Below, in pieces: positions 23,086-32,723 of a stretch of DNA of 35,277 bases (position 1 is its first letter; every line of letters starts with the position of its first letter). Source of the DNA: an uncultured bacterium (GTDB lineage: Bacteria > Muiribacteriota > Ozemobacteria > Ozemobacterales > Ozemobacteraceae); assembly GCA_964554555.1 (NCBI GenBank), contig CAZKPI010000003.1, positions 1 through 35,277 of the forward strand, given 5' to 3'. Below the pieces are notes generated by a model, which was not told where the DNA came from, did no database searches, and was given only the letters and a program-made list of their open reading frames with translations. The translations under genes and the position numbers were made by a program.

Positions 23086-23158
23086 TGGGCCCAGCAGGGA
23101 TCGAACCTGCGACCAGCCGGTTATGAGCCGGCAGCTCTAACCACTGAGCTATAGGCCC
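23086..23158 (-). tRNA. tRNA with anticodon CAU (Met by anticodon; acceptor stem suggests possible tRNA-Ile2)
   Basis: The reverse complement GGGCCTATAGCTCAGTGGTTAGAGCTGCCGGCTCATAACCGGCTGGTCGCAGGTTCGATCCCTGCTGGGCCCA gives a 73-nt cloverleaf with anticodon loop CUCAUAA. It is not initiator-like: pair 1:72 is G-C and the anticodon stem lacks a GGG/CCC run. Confidence 0.9.
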
Positions 23159-23170
23159 GGAAGTTTTGTT

Positions 23171-23199
23171 ATTCTACCACACCCGGAGGGCCCCGGCAA
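23171..23199 (-). promoter_or_regulatory. sigma70-type promoter for the tRNA-CAU/tRNA-Glu operon: TTGCCG-17-TAGAAT with extended TG
   Basis: On the minus strand: TTGCCG (23199-23194), a 17-nt spacer, then TGgTAGAAT (-10 at 23176-23171). The -35 begins 4 nt after the rpoD stop codon. Confidence 0.65.
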
Positions 23200-23202
23200 G
23201 CT

Positions 23203-24355
<1,153 letters not shown>

Positions 24356-24363
<8 letters not shown>

Positions 24364-26164
24364 TTCTACCGAGGAGGTCGATCTTCCGGCGCAGATCGAA
24401 CTGTTGGCGTTGGAGGTCGGCGACGACCGGGCCGTTGCCGGCCCGTTCAGCTTTCTGGATCTGCGCCTGGAGATCCTGGGATTCCTGTTTCAGCCGGTGC
24501 ATCACCATGCCTTTCACGCATTCCATGAACGGTTCGGGGGGGGCTTCCTCGAGTGCGATGATCAGGCCGCTCAGTCGGGACGCCAGGCTGGGTTCATCCA
24601 GGGCGCCGAGGAGGTCGGCTGGCTGTAGAGGGCCCTCGCCCCGTTCGATCGTGTCACGGATGAGGTGGAAGATCTTGCGAAGGTCGGGGTCGGTGAAATC
24701 GGCCGGAGACAGGAGACTGCGGGTGCGGGGAAACTCGTCGGGATGGTCGAGAAGGTGCTTGAGGACCCACTCCTCGCGCTTTCGCTGGGCGGTAGGCGCC
24801 GGCGGGGCGGAGGGGGCGGGCCGGTCGGCAGGCGGGGCGGGGGATCTGGGTTTTTCCTGGGAAAACTGCGACTCCAACAGGGCGACGTCCAGGTCGAGCA
24901 GGCGGGCCAGGGTCCTGATGGTTTCACTGCGGGCTATCGGGCTCTCAATGGCCTTGATGTAATCCCGGAACTCACGGACCAGGCTCTCCTTGACATGGAC
25001 CTCCAGCGGGCGGTTCAGACCGCGGGTGCGCGTTTCCACGAGGAAGGTGTAGATGTCCCGCGAGGCCTGCAGGCTCTCGAGAAACTTCTGCGGACCCTCC
25101 CGACGGACGAAGCTGTCGGGATCATCCTTGGGATCGGGGAACGAAAGAATGCGGGCGTTCAGGGGAGTGTCGCGCTGCATCGAGATGGCCCGCAGGGTGG
25201 CCCGCTGGCCCGCCTCGTCCGCGTCGTATGACAGGTAGAGGGTCTGGGCGTTGCGGGACAACAGCTGGAGATGGTCGGGGGTGATCGAGGTGCCGAGGGT
25301 GGCCACCACGTGGTGGATGCCGCTCTGGACGAGGGAGATGACGTCGAGGAAGCCCTCCACCACGATGACGGCGTTCAGGCGCCGGATCTGGGGCAGGGCC
25401 TCCTTGAAGTTGAACAGCACCCGCCGCTTGTTGAAGATCTCGGATTCGGGGCTGTTGAGATACTTGGGCTCGTCGCCCTTGGTCAAAACGCGGCCGCCGA
25501 AGCCGATCACCCGCCCGTGGGTGTCGAGGATGGGGATCATCAGACGGTTGCGGAACGCGTCGTAATGGCCGTTGCCGGATGGCTGGGGCTTGATCAGGCC
25601 CACCTTCTCGAGGAGGACGGTGGTATCGGGATCCTTTGCCAGTCGCCGGGTCAGGGCGTCGCCCTGCGGGGGGGCGAACCCCAGCTGGAACTGGCGGGCT
25701 GTTTCCCAGGTGATGGCGCGGGTCTTCAGGTAGTCGCGGGCCGGGGCCCCGGTCTGCGCCTGGTAGAGCTGGGCGGCGTAGAACTTGGCGGCCGCCTCGA
25801 GGATGGTGAAGAACTTCTCTTTTCCCGCGGTTTCCGGGTCCTGGTAGTCGGGGAGCTCGATGCCGATCCGGCGGGCCAGCAGACGGACGGCTTCAGGGAA
25901 GGTGAGCCGTTCGGCCTCCATGACGAAGGCGAACGCGTCACCTCCCTTGCCGCATCCGAAACAATGGAACATCTGCTTGTGCGGGATGACGTAGAAACTT
26001 GGGGTCTTTTCCTGGTGGAACGGGCACAAGCCCTTGTAGGTACGTCCGGAGGGTACCAGCCGGACATATTCGCCGACCAGTTTGATGATATCCGTCCTGG
26101 CCCGGATCTCTGCCTTGATATCACTGGAGATGGTGGGCAAAAGAGCCGTCATACCTCGTCGCAT
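24356..26164 (-). CDS. dnaG: DNA primase DnaG
   Basis: Zinc finger [13 protein letters not shown]...CFGCG and a TOPRIM domain ([13 protein letters not shown] ... [13 protein letters not shown]). The start is ambiguous: TTG 26167, ATG 26164 or ATG 26152 (MTALLPT). Confidence 0.93.
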
Positions 26165-26205
26165 CAAAGATGTCGCACCCGTCCCCGATCAGGTTGGAAC
26201 TTTTG

Positions 26206-26234
26206 ATGGTACCAAATGATCTGTAGAATGTCAA
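26206..26234 (-). promoter_or_regulatory. sigma70-type promoter for dnaG-rpoD: TTGACA-17-TACCAT
   Basis: On the minus strand: perfect TTGACA (26234-26229), a 17-nt spacer, then TACCAT (26211-26206), about 40 nt upstream of the dnaG start. Confidence 0.6.
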
Positions 26235-26451
26235 ACAGGTTTCAAGCGGCGGCAAAAACAGGTTGCCGCCGGGCGGCCTCCAGGACACCGGGCAAACCGC
26301 GGATGAACGCCGATCAACCCGGAAGGCCTGGAACAAGCCCAAACGGCCGTCCTGGGAGGACCCTGGGGAAAACGGCTGGAAGACCGCTCACCGTCTGGAA
26401 CCTCCGGGCAGGAACCACCTCCCCAAACGGGGAAGACCGGGCCCGGATTGC

Positions 26452-29448
26452 TCAGGCGGTCGCCGGCCTGCCCCTCTGCAGGACGATCAGGGTGAGGTCA
26501 TCCTCGCACGGCCTTCCCCCCGTGGCCGACCGGAAATCCCGCAGGATGGCCTCCATGACCGCTCCCGCGGTGGGCCCGCGCCGGCAGGCGTCCCCAAGCA
26601 GGCGCTGGAACCTGTCGTATCCCAGCGCCCGGCCGTCGGCGGCCGGCGTCTCAACCAGGCCATCCGTGTAGAGGATGATCGCGTCACCCGGTCCGAACCC
26701 GAAGCGGCTCTCCTCGAAGTTCCCCTTCTTCCGGGCGCCGAGGGGAAAAGCCGGGCAGTCCAGCATGGTCACGGTGTCCGGGGCGGCCTGGTAGGCGATG
26801 GGGAAGGTGTGGCCGGCGTTGGCGAAGACGAACCGCGCCTCCCTGGTGTCGAGGACCCCGTAGACCATGGTCATCAGCCGCTTGCGCTTGATGGTCTCGA
26901 AGAGGTGGGCATTGATCGCGTCCAGGGTGGCCACCGGCTGGATGGCCTCGTGTCCGGGACGGATCTTCACCGCGCTCTTGGCCATGGCCATCAGCAGGGC
27001 GGCGGGCACTCCATGGCCCGTCACGTCGCCGATGAGGACGACGGCATACCGGTCGTCGACGGCGAAGTAGTCGAAGTAGTCCCCCCCGAGATCGCTCACG
27101 GCCTGGGAAATGCCGGCGATCTCGAATTCCCCGAGGCGGAGGGGGCCGGCCGGAAACAGGGTTTCCTGCACCACCTTGCCGACGGCCAGTTCCTCGAGGC
27201 TCGAGATCACTCGGTTGAAGGTGTTGCCCAGGTCGCCGAACTCGTCGGCGGCGAGCGGCGGGATCCGGTAGGCGAAGTCGCGGCGCTCGATGGCGGCGAT
27301 GCCCTGGGACAGGCTGGTGATCGGCCACAGGAAGCTCTGGGCCAGGATCAGCCCGATGAGAAAGGCGAACAGGCCGCTGATCCCCGAAATCACGGCGATC
27401 CGCCAGGTCAGCCGGTCGATGACCTCGTCAATCCGCGACTTCGGATACATCGCGAACAGCAGGAAGTCGGGAAGTTTTTTGAGGGGTGAGGCCACGACCA
27501 GGTAGGGGGAGCCCCCCACCTCCTCGATGCTGGTGTGCTGGGTTTCGGTGGTCAGGACCTTGTCGTAGAGCTCCTTGCCAAAGGGATACTTGGAAAAACC
27601 GGCCGGGAAGGGCGAGTAGTCGCGGCGCCGCGACATCATCGCCAGCCGCACGGGTTTTTCCTCCTCGCGGGCCCGCAGGTTCTGCTGGACGACGGCCTTC
27701 AGGTACTTCCTGGCCAGGACCTGGGCGCTTTCCATCAGGATCAGGACGTTGGGGTGCTTCTGGCCCACCTCGGGGACGAACGAGGTGAAGATGAAATAGC
27801 ACCCCCGGCCGAACCAGAACTCGTGGAGCTGGTCGGTCTGCTCGAACAGCCGGGCGAAGGCGGACTTGCCGCCACCGTCTCGGGTCACGAGCTCAGCGAA
27901 GCTGTCGGTCAGCGATTCCATCATCACGTCGGACATGCGGGCCCCCAGGTCGTCCGTGGCACTGCCGAACCGGCTGGAGAACAGTTTGCGGGCCATGGTG
28001 GGGATGAACCTGGCGATGAGGTCCCGGCCCTTGTCCAGGCCCAGATCGAACTTGAACCGGCCCCGCTGGTCGACCAGGAAGACCTGCGAAACGAGGTTCT
28101 GCTCCCGCATCCGGGTGCTGATCCTCTTCAGTCGTGCCTGATCGAGCCGGGCGACCGCCGGCAGGCGGCTGAACCGGATGAACAGGGCGTGCAGGGACTG
28201 CATGGCCGAGTTGAAGTTCTCGTCGATGTTCTCGATCAGGGAGCCGAGCTGGGCGAACCGCTCCTGGATCATGACCTGGCGTTCTTCCATGGCGTACTGG
28301 GACCCCAGCAGGAGGAAAGAGGTCACGGGAATGGCCGTCGCATACAGGAAAAGGACGACCAGCTTCTTCTTGATCGACGTGTAAGGCGGGGTTTCCGCCA
28401 GGAAAAGGCGGTTGCTCCAGGACCCCACGAGCAGGAGGACGAGCAGGGCTGTTCCCCAGACCAGCCAGCGGACATGCCCCTGCCCGGCCGGGGCTATCCG
28501 CTGTAGTCCGACGAGCACCTTCCCGGTTTCGAAGGGGAACATGGCCAGCACCCGCTGGGGGTCGATCCGCTCCCGGGCGAACTGGCGCTTCATCCAGCGG
28601 GTCTCCCGGAGAAGACGCCCGAGGGTCTCGCCCGACCGGGCGCGGGCCGCCTTCGGAAAGTAGGATCCGGCCGGCCGCGAGAGGTCGAGCAGGGCATACG
28701 TCTCGCCCGGACCGGCGGCCCCGTTGAAATCACGGATCATGGTTTTGATGGCCAGTTGCGGGGGTATCTCCTTTTCCTCGAAGAAGGCGACGATCCCGCC
28801 CTGGAAGGCGGCCCCGGCCTCCCCGGGGCGGCTCTCGCCCGTGGCGGTGTCAGGGCCGCCGGTGTTGAGGTAGAGGGTGTTCCAATAGAAGAAGCCCGGC
28901 TTGCCGTTCAGGTGGACCCGAAGGAGGGTGGACTTGTCGTAGACGATATCCGACGGTTCGATGTCCCCGAGGAAGGAGGTGAACAGCGACCGGTAGCGGG
29001 CCAGCAGTTTGCTTTGCCCCTTCATTTCCGGTTCGGCCAGGGCCAGGAACAGTTTCTGGATCATGGCTTTGTATTTCCGGTTTTCCCCGGGGCAGGGGAT
29101 GAAATCGCCGTTCGCGTCGAACAAATACAGCGTGAGGAAGGGGAGCCGGGATTTCTTCAGCCGGAGATAGGCTTTCTGGGCGGTGCCGGGGGTCAGACGC
29201 TCCTCGCTCAGCAAGCCGTAGAAGAAGTTCAGTTCCTTTTGGATGAACGAGGTCTCCGTGCCCTCCCGATGCAGGCGGAAGAGGTTCCGCTGGAGACGGG
29301 CGAGATGCTGGCGGGTCACCCGCTGGAACTCCTGGTTGGCCAGGAACTGCCAGCCCAGCACCAGCAGGGCGATCGGGAGCCCCGCAAAAAAGACCACGGC
29401 GCCGAGACATCCGGGTAGGCCTTTGACTGTCCCGCCCGGAGTGCTCAT
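26452..29448 (-). CDS. membrane sensor phosphatase: two predicted periplasmic regions, HAMP domain, PP2C/SpoIIE phosphatase domain
   Basis: About 998 aa from ATG 29448 (MSTPGGTVKGLPGCLGAVVFFAGLPIALLVLGW). TM1, a loop of about 370 aa, TM2 and TM3 (LVWGTALLVLLLVG and VVLFLYATAIPVTSFLLLG), a loop of about 300 aa, TM4, then HAMP (WPITSLSQGIAAIERRDFAYRIPPLAADEFGDLGNTFN) and PP2C motifs (LGGDYFDYF, LIGDVTGHGVPAALLMA, ILYTDGLVE). The ORF-track upstream extension to 29664 is Pro/Arg-rich and contains the promoter. Confidence 0.85.
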   Translation of the reverse strand: MSTPGGTVKGLPGCLGAVVFFAGLPIALLVLGWQFLANQEFQRVTRQHLARLQRNLFRLHREGTETSFIQKELNFFYGLLSEERLTPGTAQKAYLRLKKSRLPFLTLYLFDANGDFIPCPGENRKYKAMIQKLFLALAEPEMKGQSKLLARYRSLFTSFLGDIEPSDIVYDKSTLLRVHLNGKPGFFYWNTLYLNTGGPDTATGESRPGEAGAAFQGGIVAFFEEKEIPPQLAIKTMIRDFNGAAGPGETYALLDLSRPAGSYFPKAARARSGETLGRLLRETRWMKRQFARERIDPQRVLAMFPFETGKVLVGLQRIAPAGQGHVRWLVWGTALLVLLLVGSWSNRLFLAETPPYTSIKKKLVVLFLYATAIPVTSFLLLGSQYAMEERQVMIQERFAQLGSLIENIDENFNSAMQSLHALFIRFSRLPAVARLDQARLKRISTRMREQNLVSQVFLVDQRGRFKFDLGLDKGRDLIARFIPTMARKLFSSRFGSATDDLGARMSDVMMESLTDSFAELVTRDGGGKSAFARLFEQTDQLHEFWFGRGCYFIFTSFVPEVGQKHPNVLILMESAQVLARKYLKAVVQQNLRAREEEKPVRLAMMSRRRDYSPFPAGFSKYPFGKELYDKVLTTETQHTSIEEVGGSPYLVVASPLKKLPDFLLFAMYPKSRIDEVIDRLTWRIAVISGISGLFAFLIGLILAQSFLWPITSLSQGIAAIERRDFAYRIPPLAADEFGDLGNTFNRVISSLEELAVGKVVQETLFPAGPLRLGEFEIAGISQAVSDLGGDYFDYFAVDDRYAVVLIGDVTGHGVPAALLMAMAKSAVKIRPGHEAIQPVATLDAINAHLFETIKRKRLMTMVYGVLDTREARFVFANAGHTFPIAYQAAPDTVTMLDCPAFPLGARKKGNFEESRFGFGPGDAIILYTDGLVETPAADGRALGYDRFQRLLGDACRRGPTAGAVMEAILRDFRSATGGRPCEDDLTLIVLQRGRPATA

Positions 29449-29635
29449 GGGCTGATGGCCTTCGCGCGGGGGGTCAGGGAACCGCGCCCTGGCCACCGGC
29501 GAAACGGACGTTGCGCGCCGCCATCCGTCGGGGCCAGGGGCAGGCCCTGCCGCCCTCCGGTCGGGCGGGGCGGCCGGGTCCGGCCGCAGGGCGGTGGAAC
29601 GGGCATGCGGAAAGCCTTTCAGAGGAATCTGCCGG

Positions 29636-29644
29636 ATTATAGCA
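29636..29644 (-). promoter_or_regulatory. extended -10 promoter (TGcTATAAT) for the sensor phosphatase gene
   Basis: The minus strand reads TGCTATAAT (29644-29636), a consensus -10 with TG. No good -35 is present. It implies a GC-rich 5' leader of about 180 nt. Confidence 0.5.
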
Positions 29645-29977
29645 GGTTCGGCGGCGGGGCGCACCCGGGAGCGAGGAGCCGCCGGGACAACCCACCGTTG
29701 ACATCCGTCTGGTCAGCAGAGACGCGCGGTTCCGGCCGTCCGTGAAGCCGGGCTTCCCGCCGGCCGGACGCCCCGCGTTCGGCCGGCAGAAAACAGGGGG
29801 CCAGGGGCTTCTGGCTCTGGCGAGGCGGTTGGGGGGAGCGGAGTGCTTCCCGCTCTGACCGCGTTGTCCGGGGGGCGTCAGCCCTGACGGGTGAGGAAGG
29901 AAAGTCTCTCCGGCCAATCTGAATCCCAGGGGATCCGTTGTTGGGAGGGAGGGTTCATGGTAAAGTCTTCTGTCTCT

Positions 29978-29986
29978 ATGGTAGAA
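29978..29986 (+). promoter_or_regulatory. extended -10 promoter (TGgTAGAAT) for the TPR gene pair
   Basis: TGGTAGAAT at 29978-29986, about 34 nt upstream of the ATG at 30020. SD GAGGAA is at 30010-30015. Confidence 0.45.
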
Positions 29987-30019
29987 TACGTGAGCGAAAT
30001 TCCCTCTGTGAGGAATGGT

Positions 30020-31042
30020 ATGAGCAAACTTCGATGTTTCCTCCTGGTGGCGGCAGCCTCGGTCCTGGCGGGAACGCTCTGGGCGGCCGGCCTCAATCCC
30101 GAGGCCGCGGCCCTCTATGGACAGGCGGAGGCGGCCTACAAGGCCAAGGAGCTGGACAAGGCGGTGGCCGCCCTGCTGGAGGCCCTGAAAAAGGAACCTG
30201 ACAACGCGGTGTTCCGGTACATCCTGGGCAAGATCCTCATGGAAAAAGGGGATTTCCTGGGCGCCCGCGAGAATTTTGAGATCGTGGGCCGCTCGCGGCC
30301 CAACGCGGAGAAGGGTGCCGAATACAACGAAAAGCTGAAAAACTTCAAAAAGAAGATCAAAACCATGCAGGAAGCCTTCAATGACGAAGGCCAGAAGAAG
30401 TTCGACCTCTACCTGAAAAATCAGGACAGCAAGAAGAAGATCCAGCTGGCGGTCACCCTTTACCAGGCTTTCCGCCTCAATCCTCCCCTTCGCTACAAGA
30501 ACTACGACGAGCTGAAGACCGCCACCGACATCTACGAGGAGGCTCTCCAGAAGTGCTTCCAGGGCCAGGAGTGGCAGAAACAGCCGATGCTCCAGCTGGC
30601 GTTTCTCTACGAGATCGCCAACAAGAAAGACAAGGCGGCGGAAGTCTACATGCGGGCCCTCGATTATGTGGAAGACCCGAATGAGGAATTTGTCATCACC
30701 CACAAGTTCGACTACCTCAACCGGTCCAACAAGGAGAAGCTCCTCGACACCATCGAGGCGGGTGAGTTCTCCCAGAAGGACCTCGAAGAACTGATGGGCA
30801 GTGGAACCGAAAAGGTCAACGAGGAAGACCGCAAGAAGATCGACGACATGATTGCCGAGGCCCGGGCCAAGCTGGAGAATGCCTCATCCGAGGAGGAACG
30901 CGAATCTGTTCTCGAAGAAATCAAGGCGAGCATCATCGAGAAGCAGAAGCGCGGCGAACTTCCCGGCCAGGAAAAGCTGAACGAAAAGCTCAAGAAGGAA
31001 GGCAAGACCATGGAAGAATACATGAAAGAGAAGGGTCTCTGA
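30020..31042 (+). CDS. secreted TPR protein with Lys/Glu-rich coiled-coil C-terminus
   Basis: Signal peptide MSKLRCFLLVAAASVLAGTLWAA. TPR-like repeats (AEAAYKAKELDKAVAALLEALKKEPDNAVFRYILGKILMEKGDFLGA). The C-terminal third is highly charged (EEDRKKIDDMIAEARAKLENASSEEERESVLEEIK). Upstream in-frame starts would precede the promoter. Confidence 0.75.
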   Translation: MSKLRCFLLVAAASVLAGTLWAAGLNPEAAALYGQAEAAYKAKELDKAVAALLEALKKEPDNAVFRYILGKILMEKGDFLGARENFEIVGRSRPNAEKGAEYNEKLKNFKKKIKTMQEAFNDEGQKKFDLYLKNQDSKKKIQLAVTLYQAFRLNPPLRYKNYDELKTATDIYEEALQKCFQGQEWQKQPMLQLAFLYEIANKKDKAAEVYMRALDYVEDPNEEFVITHKFDYLNRSNKEKLLDTIEAGEFSQKDLEELMGSGTEKVNEEDRKKIDDMIAEARAKLENASSEEERESVLEEIKASIIEKQKRGELPGQEKLNEKLKKEGKTMEEYMKEKGL

Positions 31043-31044
31043 TC

Positions 31045-32505
31045 ATGCGGAACGCGTTGACCTTCGGTGTTTGCCTGTTCCTCGCCCTGGCGCCGCTGTC
31101 CGGGCGGGCCGATCCCTTGGACGGCGGCCAGAACCCCGTTCTGATGAAGGTGAAAGACCTTCTGCAGGCGAAGCAGGCCGGCCAGGCCGTCGCCCTGCTC
31201 GAGGCCGAACTGAAAAAACAGCCCCTCAATGCCCAGTATCACTACGCCCTGGGGTATGCCCTCGAACTCGACAAACAGCCGCAGAAAGCCCTGGAGGCGT
31301 TCAAACAGGCGCTCCGGCTGAAGCCCACCTTCCCCGGCCTGGCCAACCGGATCAAGAACCTGCAGGCCTCCCTGGGGGCCGATTCGGAAGTTGTCCCCGA
31401 CGATCCCAGTCTGACCCCGGCGCAGAACAAGGCGCGGGCCCTGTTCCGCAAAGCGCAAAAAGAGAAGGGGAACGGCAACTTCGACCAGGCGTTCGAGTTG
31501 TTCACCGAGTGCGTCGACCTCGACATTGCCTACCTCGGCGGGAACGACGAGGGGATGATCGACGCCGCCCTCACCCATTACGATGCCAAGGTCAAATACT
31601 CCAAGGACCCGTCGGCGCCGTTGTATCAATCCATCTACCGCTTTTTTCGGGGGGAGCGCGAGGCCGCCGAACAGGGCCTGACCGCCTTCCTGGCCGGAAA
31701 GCCTGCCCCCGAGCTGGCCGCGGTGGCCGAAAAGTGGCTGAAGACCGTCCGGCACCAGCAGACCACCGAGGAGGCCCTCACCGCCGCCGCCCGCGCTGAG
31801 GAGCTGAAAAAGCGCCTCGAAGAGGAGAAAGCCAGGGCCAAGGCGACCGCCGCCGCCCCGGCCGTTTCCGGCCAAGCCGCGGCTCCCTCTGGGGCCCCCG
31901 GAGCGGCCGCCAGCGGGGCAGTCCCCGTGAGCACTCCTCCTGCCGTTTCCCCCGCCGATGAGGCGGAGATCGCCCTCTCCGCCTCACGGGCCTACGCCCC
32001 ATCGGACGAAGTGACCGGGACGGCACGGTACAAGGAGGCAGTCGCCCAGGTGAAGGACTCCGATCCGCGGGTGGCCGCGGCGGCGGCCTACCGGCTGGGC
32101 ACCTTCCGGGTGGCCACCCCCGAAGCCCTTGAGGGCTTGTCAAAGGCCCTGGAGGCCGACGACCGGACCCTGGTCGTCACCGCTCTTGAGGCCCTCGGGA
32201 AGTTTGGACCGGGCGCCGCTGAGGCGGTTCCGGCCGTCCTGGGAGTGACGGAGAGCGAGATTCCGGGAATGAAGATCCAGAGCCTGTTGTGCCTCGGAAA
32301 GATTCGTGCCAATGCCCAGGCGGCGGTTCCCGCCATCGTGAAGTGCCTGAAGAACGAAAACAAGCTGGTCGCCTACAATGCCCGGGAAGCCCTCCTGCGC
32401 TACTGGAAAGATGCGGTCCCCCTCCTGACGGAGGCCCTGTCCGGGGCTGAAGGTCCTCTGAAGAAAGCCATCCAGGACATCATCACGACCATCACCGGAG
32501 GCTGA
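31045..32505 (+). CDS. secreted TPR plus HEAT-repeat protein
   Basis: 486-aa ORF starting 2 nt after the previous stop. Signal peptide MRNALTFGVCLFLALAPLSGRA, N-terminal TPR repeats, an Ala/Pro-rich linker, and C-terminal HEAT-like repeats (DPRVAAAAAYRLG, DRTLVVTALEALGKFG, AVPAIVKCLKNENKLVAYNAREAL). Confidence 0.8.
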   Translation: MRNALTFGVCLFLALAPLSGRADPLDGGQNPVLMKVKDLLQAKQAGQAVALLEAELKKQPLNAQYHYALGYALELDKQPQKALEAFKQALRLKPTFPGLANRIKNLQASLGADSEVVPDDPSLTPAQNKARALFRKAQKEKGNGNFDQAFELFTECVDLDIAYLGGNDEGMIDAALTHYDAKVKYSKDPSAPLYQSIYRFFRGEREAAEQGLTAFLAGKPAPELAAVAEKWLKTVRHQQTTEEALTAAARAEELKKRLEEEKARAKATAAAPAVSGQAAAPSGAPGAAASGAVPVSTPPAVSPADEAEIALSASRAYAPSDEVTGTARYKEAVAQVKDSDPRVAAAAAYRLGTFRVATPEALEGLSKALEADDRTLVVTALEALGKFGPGAAEAVPAVLGVTESEIPGMKIQSLLCLGKIRANAQAAVPAIVKCLKNENKLVAYNAREALLRYWKDAVPLLTEALSGAEGPLKKAIQDIITTITGG

Positions 32506-32662
32506 TCCCCCCGGTTCGCCTTCCGCCGCCCCCCCGTGGAATGCCATCGGGTGGGGGCGCATGCCCCCCTTCGTCAGAAGAACCCCGCCTATAGAAAAAT
32601 CCCCCCTCGCGATCTGCCACGGGGGCTCGTTCCCATTCTCCAGCCGAATCCGGCCAATGCAA

Positions 32663-32689
32663 GAACCCTCTCCCGTGGGGGAGAGGGTT
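32663..32689. terminator. 12-bp perfect hairpin between convergent genes, probably a terminator
   Basis: GAACCCTCTCCC-GTG-GGGAGAGGGTTC. It lies 35 nt downstream of the minus-strand stop (32724) and about 160 nt downstream of the plus-strand stop. The only U tract is a weak one on the minus strand (TTGCATT). Confidence 0.5.
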
Positions 32690-32723
32690 CCGGAGAAGGT
32701 TCGGGGGCGTCGGGGGCCGAGGA

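Noticed and set aside
22853-23202. I checked the tRNA locus as a possible integration hotspot or genomic-island boundary.
   Set aside because: There is no integrase, no direct repeat of a tRNA 3' end and no compositional break nearby. The tRNAs have their own clean promoter and terminator between housekeeping genes.
26263-31875. Several 200-400-aa ORFs lie opposite the sensor phosphatase and TPR genes: 26263-27489 (+), 27535-28506 (+), 28756-29418 (+), 29474-30703 (-) and 30712-31875 (-).
   Set aside because: All are low-complexity antisense frames. The annotated frames carry TM, HAMP and PP2C motifs, or signal-peptide, TPR and HEAT signatures.
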